DNA of 64,000 bases, from NCBI GenBank assembly GCA_041665145.1, contig JBAYJK010000003.1:5177-69176 (forward strand), given 5' to 3'. Below, piece by piece: positions 19,331-27,666 of the stretch. The notes beneath the pieces are model-generated. The model saw only the letters and a program-made list of their open reading frames with translations. It did no database searches and was not told the DNA's origin. The position numbers were made by a program, and so were the translations under genes. Numbering within the stretch: the stretch's first letter is position 1; each line of letters starts with the position of its first letter. This DNA is from Patescibacteria group bacterium (GTDB lineage Bacteria > Patescibacteriota > Microgenomatia > UBA1406).

Positions 19331-21112
19331 CTATTTATATCCCTGCGCCTGGATATTGAAGAGTTCCGCGTACAGTCCTTTCTTCTTCATAAGGACTTCG
19401 TGATTTCCTTCTTCGACAATTTTGCCCTCATCCAAAACCAGAATTCGGTCCGCGTTTCGTACGGTTGAGAATCGGTGTGAAATAATAACGACGGTTTTAT
19501 CTTTTTGCAATTGTTGGACGTGTTGAAATATTTCATATTCAGCTTTGGCGTCTATTGCGCTTGTTGGTTCATCTAGAATAAGTATCGGAGCGTTTTTGAA
19601 AAATGCTCGGGCAAGGGCAAGTTTTTGCCACTGCCCGCCCGATAAATCTATGCCGTCCTTAAACATTTTACCCACAACCTGATCAAAGCCGTTCGGAAGA
19701 TTTTTGAGGTACTCCTCTGCCCCGGAATTTTTGATGGCTTCTTTTAAGAGTTCTGAATTCTCGCTGTCTTTCTTGTTTCCAAAAATAACGTTTTCTTTAA
19801 ATGTAAATTGGTACTTAATGAAATCCTGGAAAAGAGCGCCTATTTTTTTGTACCACTTTTCGAGATTAATCTTGCTTATATTCACGCCGTTCACCAAAAT
19901 CTCTCCCTCTGTTACGTCATAGAATCTCAGTAAGAGTTTTATGAGCGTTGTCTTCCCTGCCCCGTTTTCTCCGACCAGTGCAATTTTTTCACCGGAATTA
20001 ATAGTCAGCGAAAAATTCTTCAAAATATACTTCTTGGTGTTCGGATAGCGGAAAGAAATATTTCTGAATTCGATGTGCGGAGGGGCCGGAGTATCGGGTA
20101 TAGTGAGCGCATTTTCCGGCGATTGGATTACTTTCCCCTTCGCCATGAACTCAAAATATTTTTCAACATATTTATTTCTCATGGAGATACTGGAATAAAT
20201 GTCCAACATTCCATGAGAACCGGACATAAGGTTTTGTGTCTGCTGGAAATAGAGGGCAAATTGGCCGATACCGAGCGTACCTGCAAGAACCGCTTTCAGG
20301 TTCATTGTCTGGGTAAAAAGGAAGGCCGCGAGTTCAAAAAAACGGGTCAGAATAACACCGGGTAACCCTGCACCTGACGCTTTTGTAAACTTTTGTATAT
20401 AGGACTTCTGATGCAATTTCATTTTGTTGTACAGTATGTCCCCTGTCTTATAAATAACCACTTCCTTAGATGTTCCATCCTGGGACAACAGGTTCTTGAT
20501 GTATTGTGTTACTCGCACGAGCAAAGAACGTTCTTCCACAAAGTACTTCCACACCTTACTGCGATAGTGATCGAGAGAAAAGAAGGAAGGAATAGTGGCT
20601 ATAAGCATAATGGGAACAAAAATCGGAAAAGCAACGGATACAATTACCGCAGCAGTCAGGAACTTGAATGCAGCATCGATAAACGCGGTTATTCGGGTGA
20701 CATTGACGGTTATTGTTCCCTTCACTCCTTCAATTTGCGACAAAAGATTTTGAAACTCAGGGTCTTCAAAAGTTGCCGGATCAAGCTGTGTTAATTTTTT
20801 AATGATCTGTTTATCCAGATAATTATCCATTCGCGTATCCAGCAAGACCGATTGTGTTTCCAAAAAACTGTCGATAACATTCAGTATCACGGAGGCAATA
20901 ACAAAAACGGTAAGAAGCCCTGTTAAATCGGAAAATGACAGCTGTTGCTGTTTACCCAACACATCCAGTATCCTTGCAAGGACAAGGACGAGTGCGAATG
21001 GATAAATCGTGCTCTGGTAGATAGAACCGATCAAAGACAGGACCGCGTAATAACGGTTAGCGCCCCACGACAGTTGTAAAACTTTCAGGCTATACTTAAG
21101 AGTCTTTTTCAT
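19331..21112 (-). CDS. ABC exporter, fused permease/ATPase (MsbA-like)
   Basis: 593 aa. The N-terminal region has 6 TM helices. The ATPase has Walker A GENGAGKTT, signature LSGGQWQ and Walker B ILILDEPTS. Confidence 0.9.
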   Translation of the reverse strand: MKKTLKYSLKVLQLSWGANRYYAVLSLIGSIYQSTIYPFALVLVLARILDVLGKQQQLSFSDLTGLLTVFVIASVILNVIDSFLETQSVLLDTRMDNYLDKQIIKKLTQLDPATFEDPEFQNLLSQIEGVKGTITVNVTRITAFIDAAFKFLTAAVIVSVAFPIFVPIMLIATIPSFFSLDHYRSKVWKYFVEERSLLVRVTQYIKNLLSQDGTSKEVVIYKTGDILYNKMKLHQKSYIQKFTKASGAGLPGVILTRFFELAAFLFTQTMNLKAVLAGTLGIGQFALYFQQTQNLMSGSHGMLDIYSSISMRNKYVEKYFEFMAKGKVIQSPENALTIPDTPAPPHIEFRNISFRYPNTKKYILKNFSLTINSGEKIALVGENGAGKTTLIKLLLRFYDVTEGEILVNGVNISKINLEKWYKKIGALFQDFIKYQFTFKENVIFGNKKDSENSELLKEAIKNSGAEEYLKNLPNGFDQVVGKMFKDGIDLSGGQWQKLALARAFFKNAPILILDEPTSAIDAKAEYEIFQHVQQLQKDKTVVIISHRFSTVRNADRILVLDEGKIVEEGNHEVLMKKKGLYAELFNIQAQGYK

Positions 21113-21170
21113 GCTGTTGTATTACTATACAACAAATGTGGCTGCCGGTGCGAAGTGTTATAATTTCTTC

Positions 21171-21719
21171 ATGTCCCCGACTACCCAACCTGTTCTTACA
21201 GAAATCCGTGATGCGGATTTTAAAACAGGTTATGTCTCCCCGCTTACGATAAATGATTATGATGTTCGCCGTTGTGCCCGAGGTCCATTAGTGCGTGACG
21301 GAAAGATCGCTCTCTTGTATGTTTCCAAATGGCACTATCACAAACTTCCCGGAGGAGGAATAGAAGATGGAGAAGATATTGCCACAGGTTTTAATCGGGA
21401 AATTTTGGAAGAAACAGGATGTAATTGTGTGGTCCAGAGTGAGGAGGCAAAAACTCCCGTAATTATCGAGTACCGTGACGAATTCAAATTGTGTCAGATA
21501 AACCATCTTATTGCAGCTACGGTTGTTGGAGAACCAAAAAAGGTTGCCTTTACCGGTGATGAAATCGAAGAAGGGTTTCAATTGAAATGGGTTCCAATTG
21601 CGGAAGCAATTCCCCTTTTGGAAAATGACAAACCCACGAACTACGAAGGACTTTTTATACAAAAGCGGGATTTAGCAATCCTGAAATATTTCGCAGATTT
21701 ATTAAACCGATTCAAGTAG
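21171..21719 (+). CDS. NUDIX hydrolase
   Basis: The NUDIX box is GGGIEDGEDIATGFNREILEETG. The start is moved from the track's 21111 to ATG 21171, which lies 6 nt downstream of TATAAT 21159..21164. Confidence 0.85.
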   Translation: MSPTTQPVLTEIRDADFKTGYVSPLTINDYDVRRCARGPLVRDGKIALLYVSKWHYHKLPGGGIEDGEDIATGFNREILEETGCNCVVQSEEAKTPVIIEYRDEFKLCQINHLIAATVVGEPKKVAFTGDEIEEGFQLKWVPIAEAIPLLENDKPTNYEGLFIQKRDLAILKYFADLLNRFK

Positions 21720-21731
21720 TACAATAACTTC

Positions 21732-22583
21732 ATGTTTGAAGTAGACGAAGCAACTCCACAATCGTCAGACGAAAATCTTCAGTTTGGTCCCGATTATGCT
21801 TCAAGTAGGGCAAAACTAGACCAACGGCTTCAGGAATACGAAGCAGCAGCGGCACATTATCCAGGAGAGTACCGCATAGATTTCGGGCCGACGTATCATG
21901 CACAATCATCCGGAGGTATCGACTGCACGGTGCGGGCTATTATGAAAATGCACGGCAATGATGTGGCGCATTATTCACTTATTGCAACTGACCCATCAGG
22001 CGCGGTTATCGGCTATCGGACAGCGACAGTGACGAAAAAGGAACACTACTACGAATCATCAGGATTTGTATTTTCCGGTATTCGCTTAAAAGGTATATCT
22101 ACTGTTGTTGATTCTGCCCATGTTGATTTTCTCCGGAGGCTTTCAACACAATTAGGCAAACCTGTTGAGTGGGCAGTTGATAATAGAAATAATCGTGATT
22201 ATGTTTCTTTTGCCCTTCAAGCCGTACTGAGCCACGACGAGAGTTTGCAACGTGAAGCTGCTGTACGTGAAGCAGAACAAGATCGCTGGCAAACACAGTA
22301 CGGACGGACTGGGCGTTTTGGTATTGAAGGAGAGCGGAGCCGCTTTTTTGAGCCACATGAGAAAACAGATCCCTTCTACCCTACGGAAGAAAATGTGAGT
22401 GCAATTGGTAGAGTGGAACTAAAAAGAACTGAATCGGGAGTTTTTGACCCTGTGCAGGTAGCGCGGCTTAATACATCTCAAAAAGTGGAAACTGCAGATG
22501 GTAATTTCCAATTCTTTTACGGGTTACTTGGGGCAACATACGTACGTCCTCAAGGAAATCCTCCTAGTCTTCGTCGTCCGTAA
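21732..22583 (+). CDS. Hypothetical protein, paralogue B of 18447..19268
   Basis: 283 aa. It is roughly 40% identical by eye to paralogue A across the conserved blocks. TACAAT 21720..21725 lies 6 nt upstream of the ATG. Confidence 0.5.
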   Translation: MFEVDEATPQSSDENLQFGPDYASSRAKLDQRLQEYEAAAAHYPGEYRIDFGPTYHAQSSGGIDCTVRAIMKMHGNDVAHYSLIATDPSGAVIGYRTATVTKKEHYYESSGFVFSGIRLKGISTVVDSAHVDFLRRLSTQLGKPVEWAVDNRNNRDYVSFALQAVLSHDESLQREAAVREAEQDRWQTQYGRTGRFGIEGERSRFFEPHEKTDPFYPTEENVSAIGRVELKRTESGVFDPVQVARLNTSQKVETADGNFQFFYGLLGATYVRPQGNPPSLRRP

Positions 22584-22622
22584 ATACTTGCACTTCGGCT
22601 TTTCGGGACTATAATGTACTCC

Positions 22623-23801
22623 ATGACACAAAAACTTTTTGACGAAAACGCATATCAGGCAGAATTTGAAGCGACTGTCGTTAGTCAAACGCAAACAGAG
22701 CTTGGCTGGGAAGTTGTTTTGGACAAAACGTGTTTCTTCCCCGAAGGCGGTGGACAAGATTCTGATGCAGGAACTTTGAATGGCCAAAAGGTCAAGAAAC
22801 TGGTTAAGACAGATGACGGAGACATAATCCATGTTATGCAAGAAAAAATTGAACAGTCAACCATTATCGGGCAGATAGACTGGAAGAAACGCTTTCGTAA
22901 CATGCAGCAACATTCCGGTCAACACATCCTCTCTGGGGTCCTGCTCAACACATATAAGTTGCAAACGGAATCGGCCAGTTTTACAGAAAAAGAAGGCCAC
23001 ATAACTTTGGAATGGTCAATTCCCGATAACGACTTGGAAAAGGCACTTATCGCGGCAAATGAAATAATATTTGCAAACAAACCCATAATCACGAAATTTA
23101 TATCATTGGATGAAATAGAAAAGTATAATCTTGCGAAGCTTCCTAAAGATAAATTTACGAAAACGGGGAAAATTCGTATCTGGCAGATAGAAGGGTTTTA
23201 TACCATTCCTTGTGGCGGTACGCACTGCAAGTCGACGGGTGAAATCGGAAATATCTTCGTGAAGAGCAATAAAATTCATGGAAATAGGACAGATCTTAAC
23301 TTTACTACGGGTTTCGTAACGCTGGATTATCTGACGGCAACGAAAAAAATTACTTCCGAACTGGCGAAAATGCTGGAAGTTGGTACGGACGGACTTGTTG
23401 ACGCGACGAAGAAAGTTATGGATGACCGGCATGCGTTGAATTTGGCACTGCGTGAAAACCAGGAACAGGTTGCGGCACAAAAAGCAGTGCAGATTTTGCA
23501 AACAGCGACAAAGGGAAAAGTTACGTTTACTGCATTTGTTTACTCGGAAGCAGATAAGGGGACGGTAAAAACAACATTGTATCAGCTTGCAGAAACACCA
23601 AACTCCGTGCATATTGCCCATGGCGCGAATGTTCCCCTAACCGTTGTTAGCTCGAAAGATGTATCTCTAGACACGCTTTCAATACTTACTGAATTAAAAA
23701 CAAAATTCAACGGCAAAGGCGGAGGAAGCAAAACCTATTGGCAAGCGATGATTACGGACCACGAACAATTTGTGAAAGAATTAATGGAAAAATTATCGTA
23801 A
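22623..23801 (+). CDS. alaX: AlaX-L-type alanyl-tRNA editing protein
   Basis: It has HSGQHILS and CGGTHC zinc motifs of the tRNA_SAD editing domain and a C-terminal GKGGGS (DHHA1-like). The start is set at the second ATG (22623), 7 nt after TATAAT 22610..22615. The track start 22614 lies inside that box. Confidence 0.8.
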   Translation: MTQKLFDENAYQAEFEATVVSQTQTELGWEVVLDKTCFFPEGGGQDSDAGTLNGQKVKKLVKTDDGDIIHVMQEKIEQSTIIGQIDWKKRFRNMQQHSGQHILSGVLLNTYKLQTESASFTEKEGHITLEWSIPDNDLEKALIAANEIIFANKPIITKFISLDEIEKYNLAKLPKDKFTKTGKIRIWQIEGFYTIPCGGTHCKSTGEIGNIFVKSNKIHGNRTDLNFTTGFVTLDYLTATKKITSELAKMLEVGTDGLVDATKKVMDDRHALNLALRENQEQVAAQKAVQILQTATKGKVTFTAFVYSEADKGTVKTTLYQLAETPNSVHIAHGANVPLTVVSSKDVSLDTLSILTELKTKFNGKGGGSKTYWQAMITDHEQFVKELMEKLS

Positions 23802-24394
23802 TGAAACGCGTATTTATAATTCATCGCTGGAGCGGAAGCCCGGAAAAAGATTGGCTCCCCTGGCTTGTCCGTTCGATTCAGACCTTGAGACCTTCAGACA
23901 TTCAGACGCATGACTCCTATGAAGTCTTTGTCCCTTCCATGCCCGACCCCGACGTTCCCACTATCGAGAACTGGACCACACATTTAAAACATCTGGTGGG
24001 AAAACTGTTGCCAACGGACGTTTTTATTGGCCACAGTATTGGTTGCCAGACAATTTTGCGGTACTTGGAAAAACTCCCCGCGGGTGAAAAAGCGGACAAA
24101 GTTATTCTGGTTGCACCATTTTTAACCTTAAAAGGTCTCGAGACCGAGGAAGAATTTCGTATTGCTAAACCATGGTTACGTACGCTTATCGACCTGCGCC
24201 GCATACCCGACAAAGCAAATTCCTATACCCTACTCTTTTCGGATAATGATCCGTTTGTTCCCCTGGACGAAAACGTGCAGTTGTTTAAAAAATGGATCAA
24301 TCCGGAAATTCACACACTTCACGACAAAGGTCATTTCACCCAAGATGACGGGATTGTCGAACTTCCTGAGCTCCTGAATTTTCTAAGAATTTGA
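23801..24394 (+). CDS. YdeN/RBBP9-like alpha/beta serine hydrolase with a repeat-derived insertion
   Basis: MKRVFIIHRWSGSPEKDWLPWL start, GHSIG nucleophile elbow, C-terminal DKGHF. The start ATG overlaps the alaX stop (TAATG). The track's 23738 start is an upstream in-frame extension. Confidence 0.7.
   Translation: MKRVFIIHRWSGSPEKDWLPWLVRSIQTLRPSDIQTHDSYEVFVPSMPDPDVPTIENWTTHLKHLVGKLLPTDVFIGHSIGCQTILRYLEKLPAGEKADKVILVAPFLTLKGLETEEEFRIAKPWLRTLIDLRRIPDKANSYTLLFSDNDPFVPLDENVQLFKKWINPEIHTLHDKGHFTQDDGIVELPELLNFLRI
23876..23914. repeat. R5: AGAC-orientation half element in-frame inside the hydrolase gene
   Basis: The units attcagac cttgagac cttcagac attcagac gcatgac encode IQTLRPSDIQTHD. Confidence 0.75.
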
Positions 24395-24430
24395 CAAGCG
24401 TCTAGTAACAAGATACAATTTTCCTACACA

Positions 24431-24497
24431 GACCCAGTTTCCGAATTGTCACCGTATGGTGTGCGTTCGAAGCAATCGCTTCGATAGGAACTGGGTC
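24431..24497. terminator. Nested stem-loop between convergent genes (possible bidirectional terminator or small structured RNA)
   Basis: The outer stem is gacccagtttcc/ggaactgggtc (11 bp, one bulged T). The inner perfect 7-bp hairpin is tcgaagc-aatc-gcttcga (24467..24484). Confidence 0.35.
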
Positions 24498-24500
24498 GAA

Positions 24501-25127
24501 CTATTTAAACACCCAGATATCTTTTTCTTTTGATTTGATAATTTTTCTGTAGATATTCCAATCTTCGGTCATCTTGTCAAAGTATCTGCGAATTGTGCCA
24601 GCTATCATGTCTGCCATTTGTACGAGCACATCTTTAGATGAGTCCCGAAACCTGATGTTCTTCATAACTGTATTGTTGGTGGAGTTCAAATGTTGGCGAA
24701 GATAGGTACTCAGTTGTGTCCGAAACGCCCGCTCACCTCTTCCATCAATGCGAATTTTAGCGTTTCTGATCGTATTATTGTTGTGTTGTAGTATCTGTCG
24801 TAGTGAGAAATTGTAGAAACTTTCTTTGCTTGTTTGTAAATAGGTACTGTAAATCTGTGGTTTGTTAATAACAATAGCTCGAATTTCATATTTGATGTCG
24901 CTAATTGCGTGAAGAAATGCTTCCCGATATGATCTACTACATCCATTAAATTTGAACTCAAATCTGTCTGATTTCTGCAATTTTTGTTTTAAGCGTTTAA
25001 TTCTGATTGCGGCTTCTTCAGCATCTAAATCATTCTTAAAGACTACCAAAGCTATAACAAAATATGGGCTTGATCCCCGTGCAATCTTAAATCCAGGATC
25101 GCCAGATTCATCTATGAAAATAATCAT
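24501..25127 (-). CDS. DUF3800-like protein
   Basis: The N-terminus MIIFIDESGDPGF is typical of DUF3800. The start is set at ATG 25127, 6 nt downstream of TACAAT (reverse complement of 25134..25139). The track's 25178 start would overlap the divergent MazG promoter. Confidence 0.65.
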   Translation of the reverse strand: MIIFIDESGDPGFKIARGSSPYFVIALVVFKNDLDAEEAAIRIKRLKQKLQKSDRFEFKFNGCSRSYREAFLHAISDIKYEIRAIVINKPQIYSTYLQTSKESFYNFSLRQILQHNNNTIRNAKIRIDGRGERAFRTQLSTYLRQHLNSTNNTVMKNIRFRDSSKDVLVQMADMIAGTIRRYFDKMTEDWNIYRKIIKSKEKDIWVFK

Positions 25128-25198
25128 GTGCTGATTGTAACGTATATAAAATAAAGGATAGAAGTGTATAAACACCAAAAGAGGTATAATTTGTTGTC

Positions 25199-25555
25199 AT
25201 GAAGAGCACAGAGTTGGCGGTCCTCACGAAAAAAATTATCGAATTCCGGGACAAACGGAATTGGAAGCAGTTTCACAATCCGAAAGATTTGGCTCTCTCC
25301 CTGGTTTTGGAAGCGGGAGAAGTAATGGAACACTTTCAATGGAAAAGCCCGCAAGAAATCGACGCGTATATCAAAACAAACAAGTCTGATATTGGCGAGG
25401 AGCTTGCAGATGTTCTCTACTGGGTTCTTTTAATGAGCCACGACTTAGACCTGGATATTGTCGAAGCTGTTGAGAAGAAAATGGAAAAAAATGAGAAGCA
25501 CTACCCTGTTGAAAAAGCTAAGGGCTCACATAAGAAATATACGGAAATAAAATAA
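25199..25555 (+). CDS. MazG-like all-alpha nucleoside triphosphate pyrophosphohydrolase
   Basis: 118 aa. FRDKRNWKQFHNPKDLALSLVLEAGEVMEHFQWK...EELADVLYWVLLMSHDLDLD...KNEKHYP matches the small MazG/YpjD-type family. Confidence 0.85.
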   Translation: MKSTELAVLTKKIIEFRDKRNWKQFHNPKDLALSLVLEAGEVMEHFQWKSPQEIDAYIKTNKSDIGEELADVLYWVLLMSHDLDLDIVEAVEKKMEKNEKHYPVEKAKGSHKKYTEIK

Positions 25556-25556
25556 C

Positions 25557-27425
25557 ATGCAACTATATTCGGGTTCTATTACCCAATTTAAAGAGGACAC
25601 AATACAGAACCAGATTGCAATTAAACTTCATAACGAATTTTTTGATTACTTTGGATACAATCCTTCAGAACCTGAGGTAAATTCATGGAGAAACTCTCTG
25701 CGTGCTGTAAAAGATGTGTTTGATGTGGCAGAATTTAACGATCATGGAGTGATTTTAGAATACCAACTACCTCTTTCTTCGAGAAGACTTGATTGTATGA
25801 TCTGTGGCCGAAACAATGAAGGCAAAGATAATGCTGTGATTATCGAGTTAAAGCAATGGGGAAAATGTGAGATCGGTACAAGCGATAAGGTGGTTACGTG
25901 GACCGGTGGTGGAAAACGTGAAGTGTTACATCCGTCAGTTCAGGTTGGGCAGTACAAAACATACTTAGAGCAAAACCAGACTGTTTTTTATGAAGAAGAT
26001 CCTATTTCACTCAGTGCATGTACCTACCTTCACAACTACGTTCTACAAAAAAGCGATTCTATATTATCAACGCAATTTAGTACTTATTTAGAGCAATACC
26101 CTTTATTTAGCAACGATGATGTTAATAACCTAAGTTCGTATTTACAAAACAAGTTAGCAAAAGGTAATGGTATGGCAGTTCTGGACAGAGTCCAAGGGAG
26201 TAAGTATGGACCAAGCAAAAAATTACTTCAACAAATAGCCAAGGTTGTTAAAGAGAATGAGCGATATACACTATTAGATACTCAGCTAATTGCCTTCGAT
26301 AAAGTGATGAATTTGGTCAAACACGGTCTGGCAAAAAAAAAGAAATCGGTTGTGATAGTGAAAGGTGGTCCGGGAACGGGGAAATCTGTTATTGCCATTA
26401 ATTTATTAGCGGAGCTATCTAGATTGGGTTTGAATACCCAGTATGCAACAGGTTCCAAAACTTTCACAGAAACTTTGCGTAAAACCATCGGGCCAGGCGG
26501 TTTTGACCAGGTGAAGTATTTCAATAGTTACACGACTGCTGATGAAAACGCAATTGATGTTCTTGTTGCAGATGAGTCGCACAGAATGAGAGTCAGCAGT
26601 AACGGCAGATTTACACCAAAGTCAAAAAGATCAGATATTCCACAAGTTGAGGAGTTAATTAGAGTTGCAAAAGTACCGGTTTTCTTTGTCGATGAAAGAC
26701 AAAATGTGCGGCCTGGTGAAATAGGCTCGGGAGATTATATTCGAGAGAATGCAGAAAAGCTTGGCTGTTCCGTTTTTGAATATCAGTTAGATATTCAATT
26801 TCGATGCCAAGGGTCTGATAAATTTGTTCAGTGGATAAATAATACGTTAGGGATTTCAAAAACAGCAGAAAAGATCTGGGATGGTGCAAAGAGTGAATTT
26901 GATTTTCAAATTATTAATTCACCTCACGAATTGTATAAGAAGATAAGAGAAAAAGACAGTAACGAAGCCAACTCAGCCCGTTTGGTTGCAGGATTTTGCT
27001 GGCCATGGAGTTTTCCCAACCCTGATGGTACCTTGGTGAAAGACGTTGTTATAGATGATTTTGCTATGAGTTGGGAAGGCAAAGAAGGTAAGGGAAAGCT
27101 CGCTCCCAATGTCCCTCCCGCTTCCCTATGGCCATTTGACCCTTCCGCGATAACACAGATAGGTAGTATTTACACTATTCAAGGTTTTGAATTCGATTAT
27201 GTGGGGGTAATATTTGGTAGAGATTTAATGTACAACTTTGAGAATAACAAATGGGAGGGGCATCCCGAAGATTCCTCAGATTCGGTAGTGAAACGGAGCA
27301 AAGAAAATTTTGTCGACTTAATAAAAAATACTTATCGTGTTTTGTTAAGCAGAGCCCTTAAGGGTTGCTATGTTTATTTTGTAGATAAAGAGACCGAAAA
27401 ATTCTTCAGGTCAAGGATGGAATAA
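25557..27425 (+). CDS. DUF2075-type ATPase/helicase with an N-terminal PD-(D/E)xK nuclease-like domain
   Basis: 622 aa. The nuclease-like motifs are E(ILEYQ)...D(RLDCMI)...ExK(IIELKQW). It has Walker A GGPGTGKS, Walker B VLVADESHRM and C-terminal YTIQGFEFDYVGVIFG / TYRVLLSRALKGCYVY blocks. The start is 1 nt after the MazG stop. Confidence 0.75.
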   Translation: MQLYSGSITQFKEDTIQNQIAIKLHNEFFDYFGYNPSEPEVNSWRNSLRAVKDVFDVAEFNDHGVILEYQLPLSSRRLDCMICGRNNEGKDNAVIIELKQWGKCEIGTSDKVVTWTGGGKREVLHPSVQVGQYKTYLEQNQTVFYEEDPISLSACTYLHNYVLQKSDSILSTQFSTYLEQYPLFSNDDVNNLSSYLQNKLAKGNGMAVLDRVQGSKYGPSKKLLQQIAKVVKENERYTLLDTQLIAFDKVMNLVKHGLAKKKKSVVIVKGGPGTGKSVIAINLLAELSRLGLNTQYATGSKTFTETLRKTIGPGGFDQVKYFNSYTTADENAIDVLVADESHRMRVSSNGRFTPKSKRSDIPQVEELIRVAKVPVFFVDERQNVRPGEIGSGDYIRENAEKLGCSVFEYQLDIQFRCQGSDKFVQWINNTLGISKTAEKIWDGAKSEFDFQIINSPHELYKKIREKDSNEANSARLVAGFCWPWSFPNPDGTLVKDVVIDDFAMSWEGKEGKGKLAPNVPPASLWPFDPSAITQIGSIYTIQGFEFDYVGVIFGRDLMYNFENNKWEGHPEDSSDSVVKRSKENFVDLIKNTYRVLLSRALKGCYVYFVDKETEKFFRSRME

Positions 27426-27666
27426 CGGAATTGCCGGAAATATTGAAATTGGTCTAAGGTGTGAGCGTCACGGATCACAACTTTCCCGGTAAGCCGGTGA
27501 TAGCCTCCTAAGGCACAAAAACACCATAGAAGTCAATTCGCTGCGTTATTCTTGATAAGAACGCTTATAATATTGCCAGACATTTCGTATAATAGTGATG
27601 AGACTGAGTGACGGATTCATCTTTAAAACTTGACGCTGTCCTTAGTTTCGGCATGGACTTATTCTT

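Noticed and set aside
27426-27666. The 241-nt spacer upstream of the kinase gene could encode a non-coding RNA or riboswitch.
   Set aside because: I saw only a degenerate GTCACG-type repeat remnant (gagcgtcacggatcac), a tiny ccgg-taag-ccgg hairpin and a TATAAT box (27586..27591). No convincing conserved structure could be inferred by eye. The question is left open rather than called.
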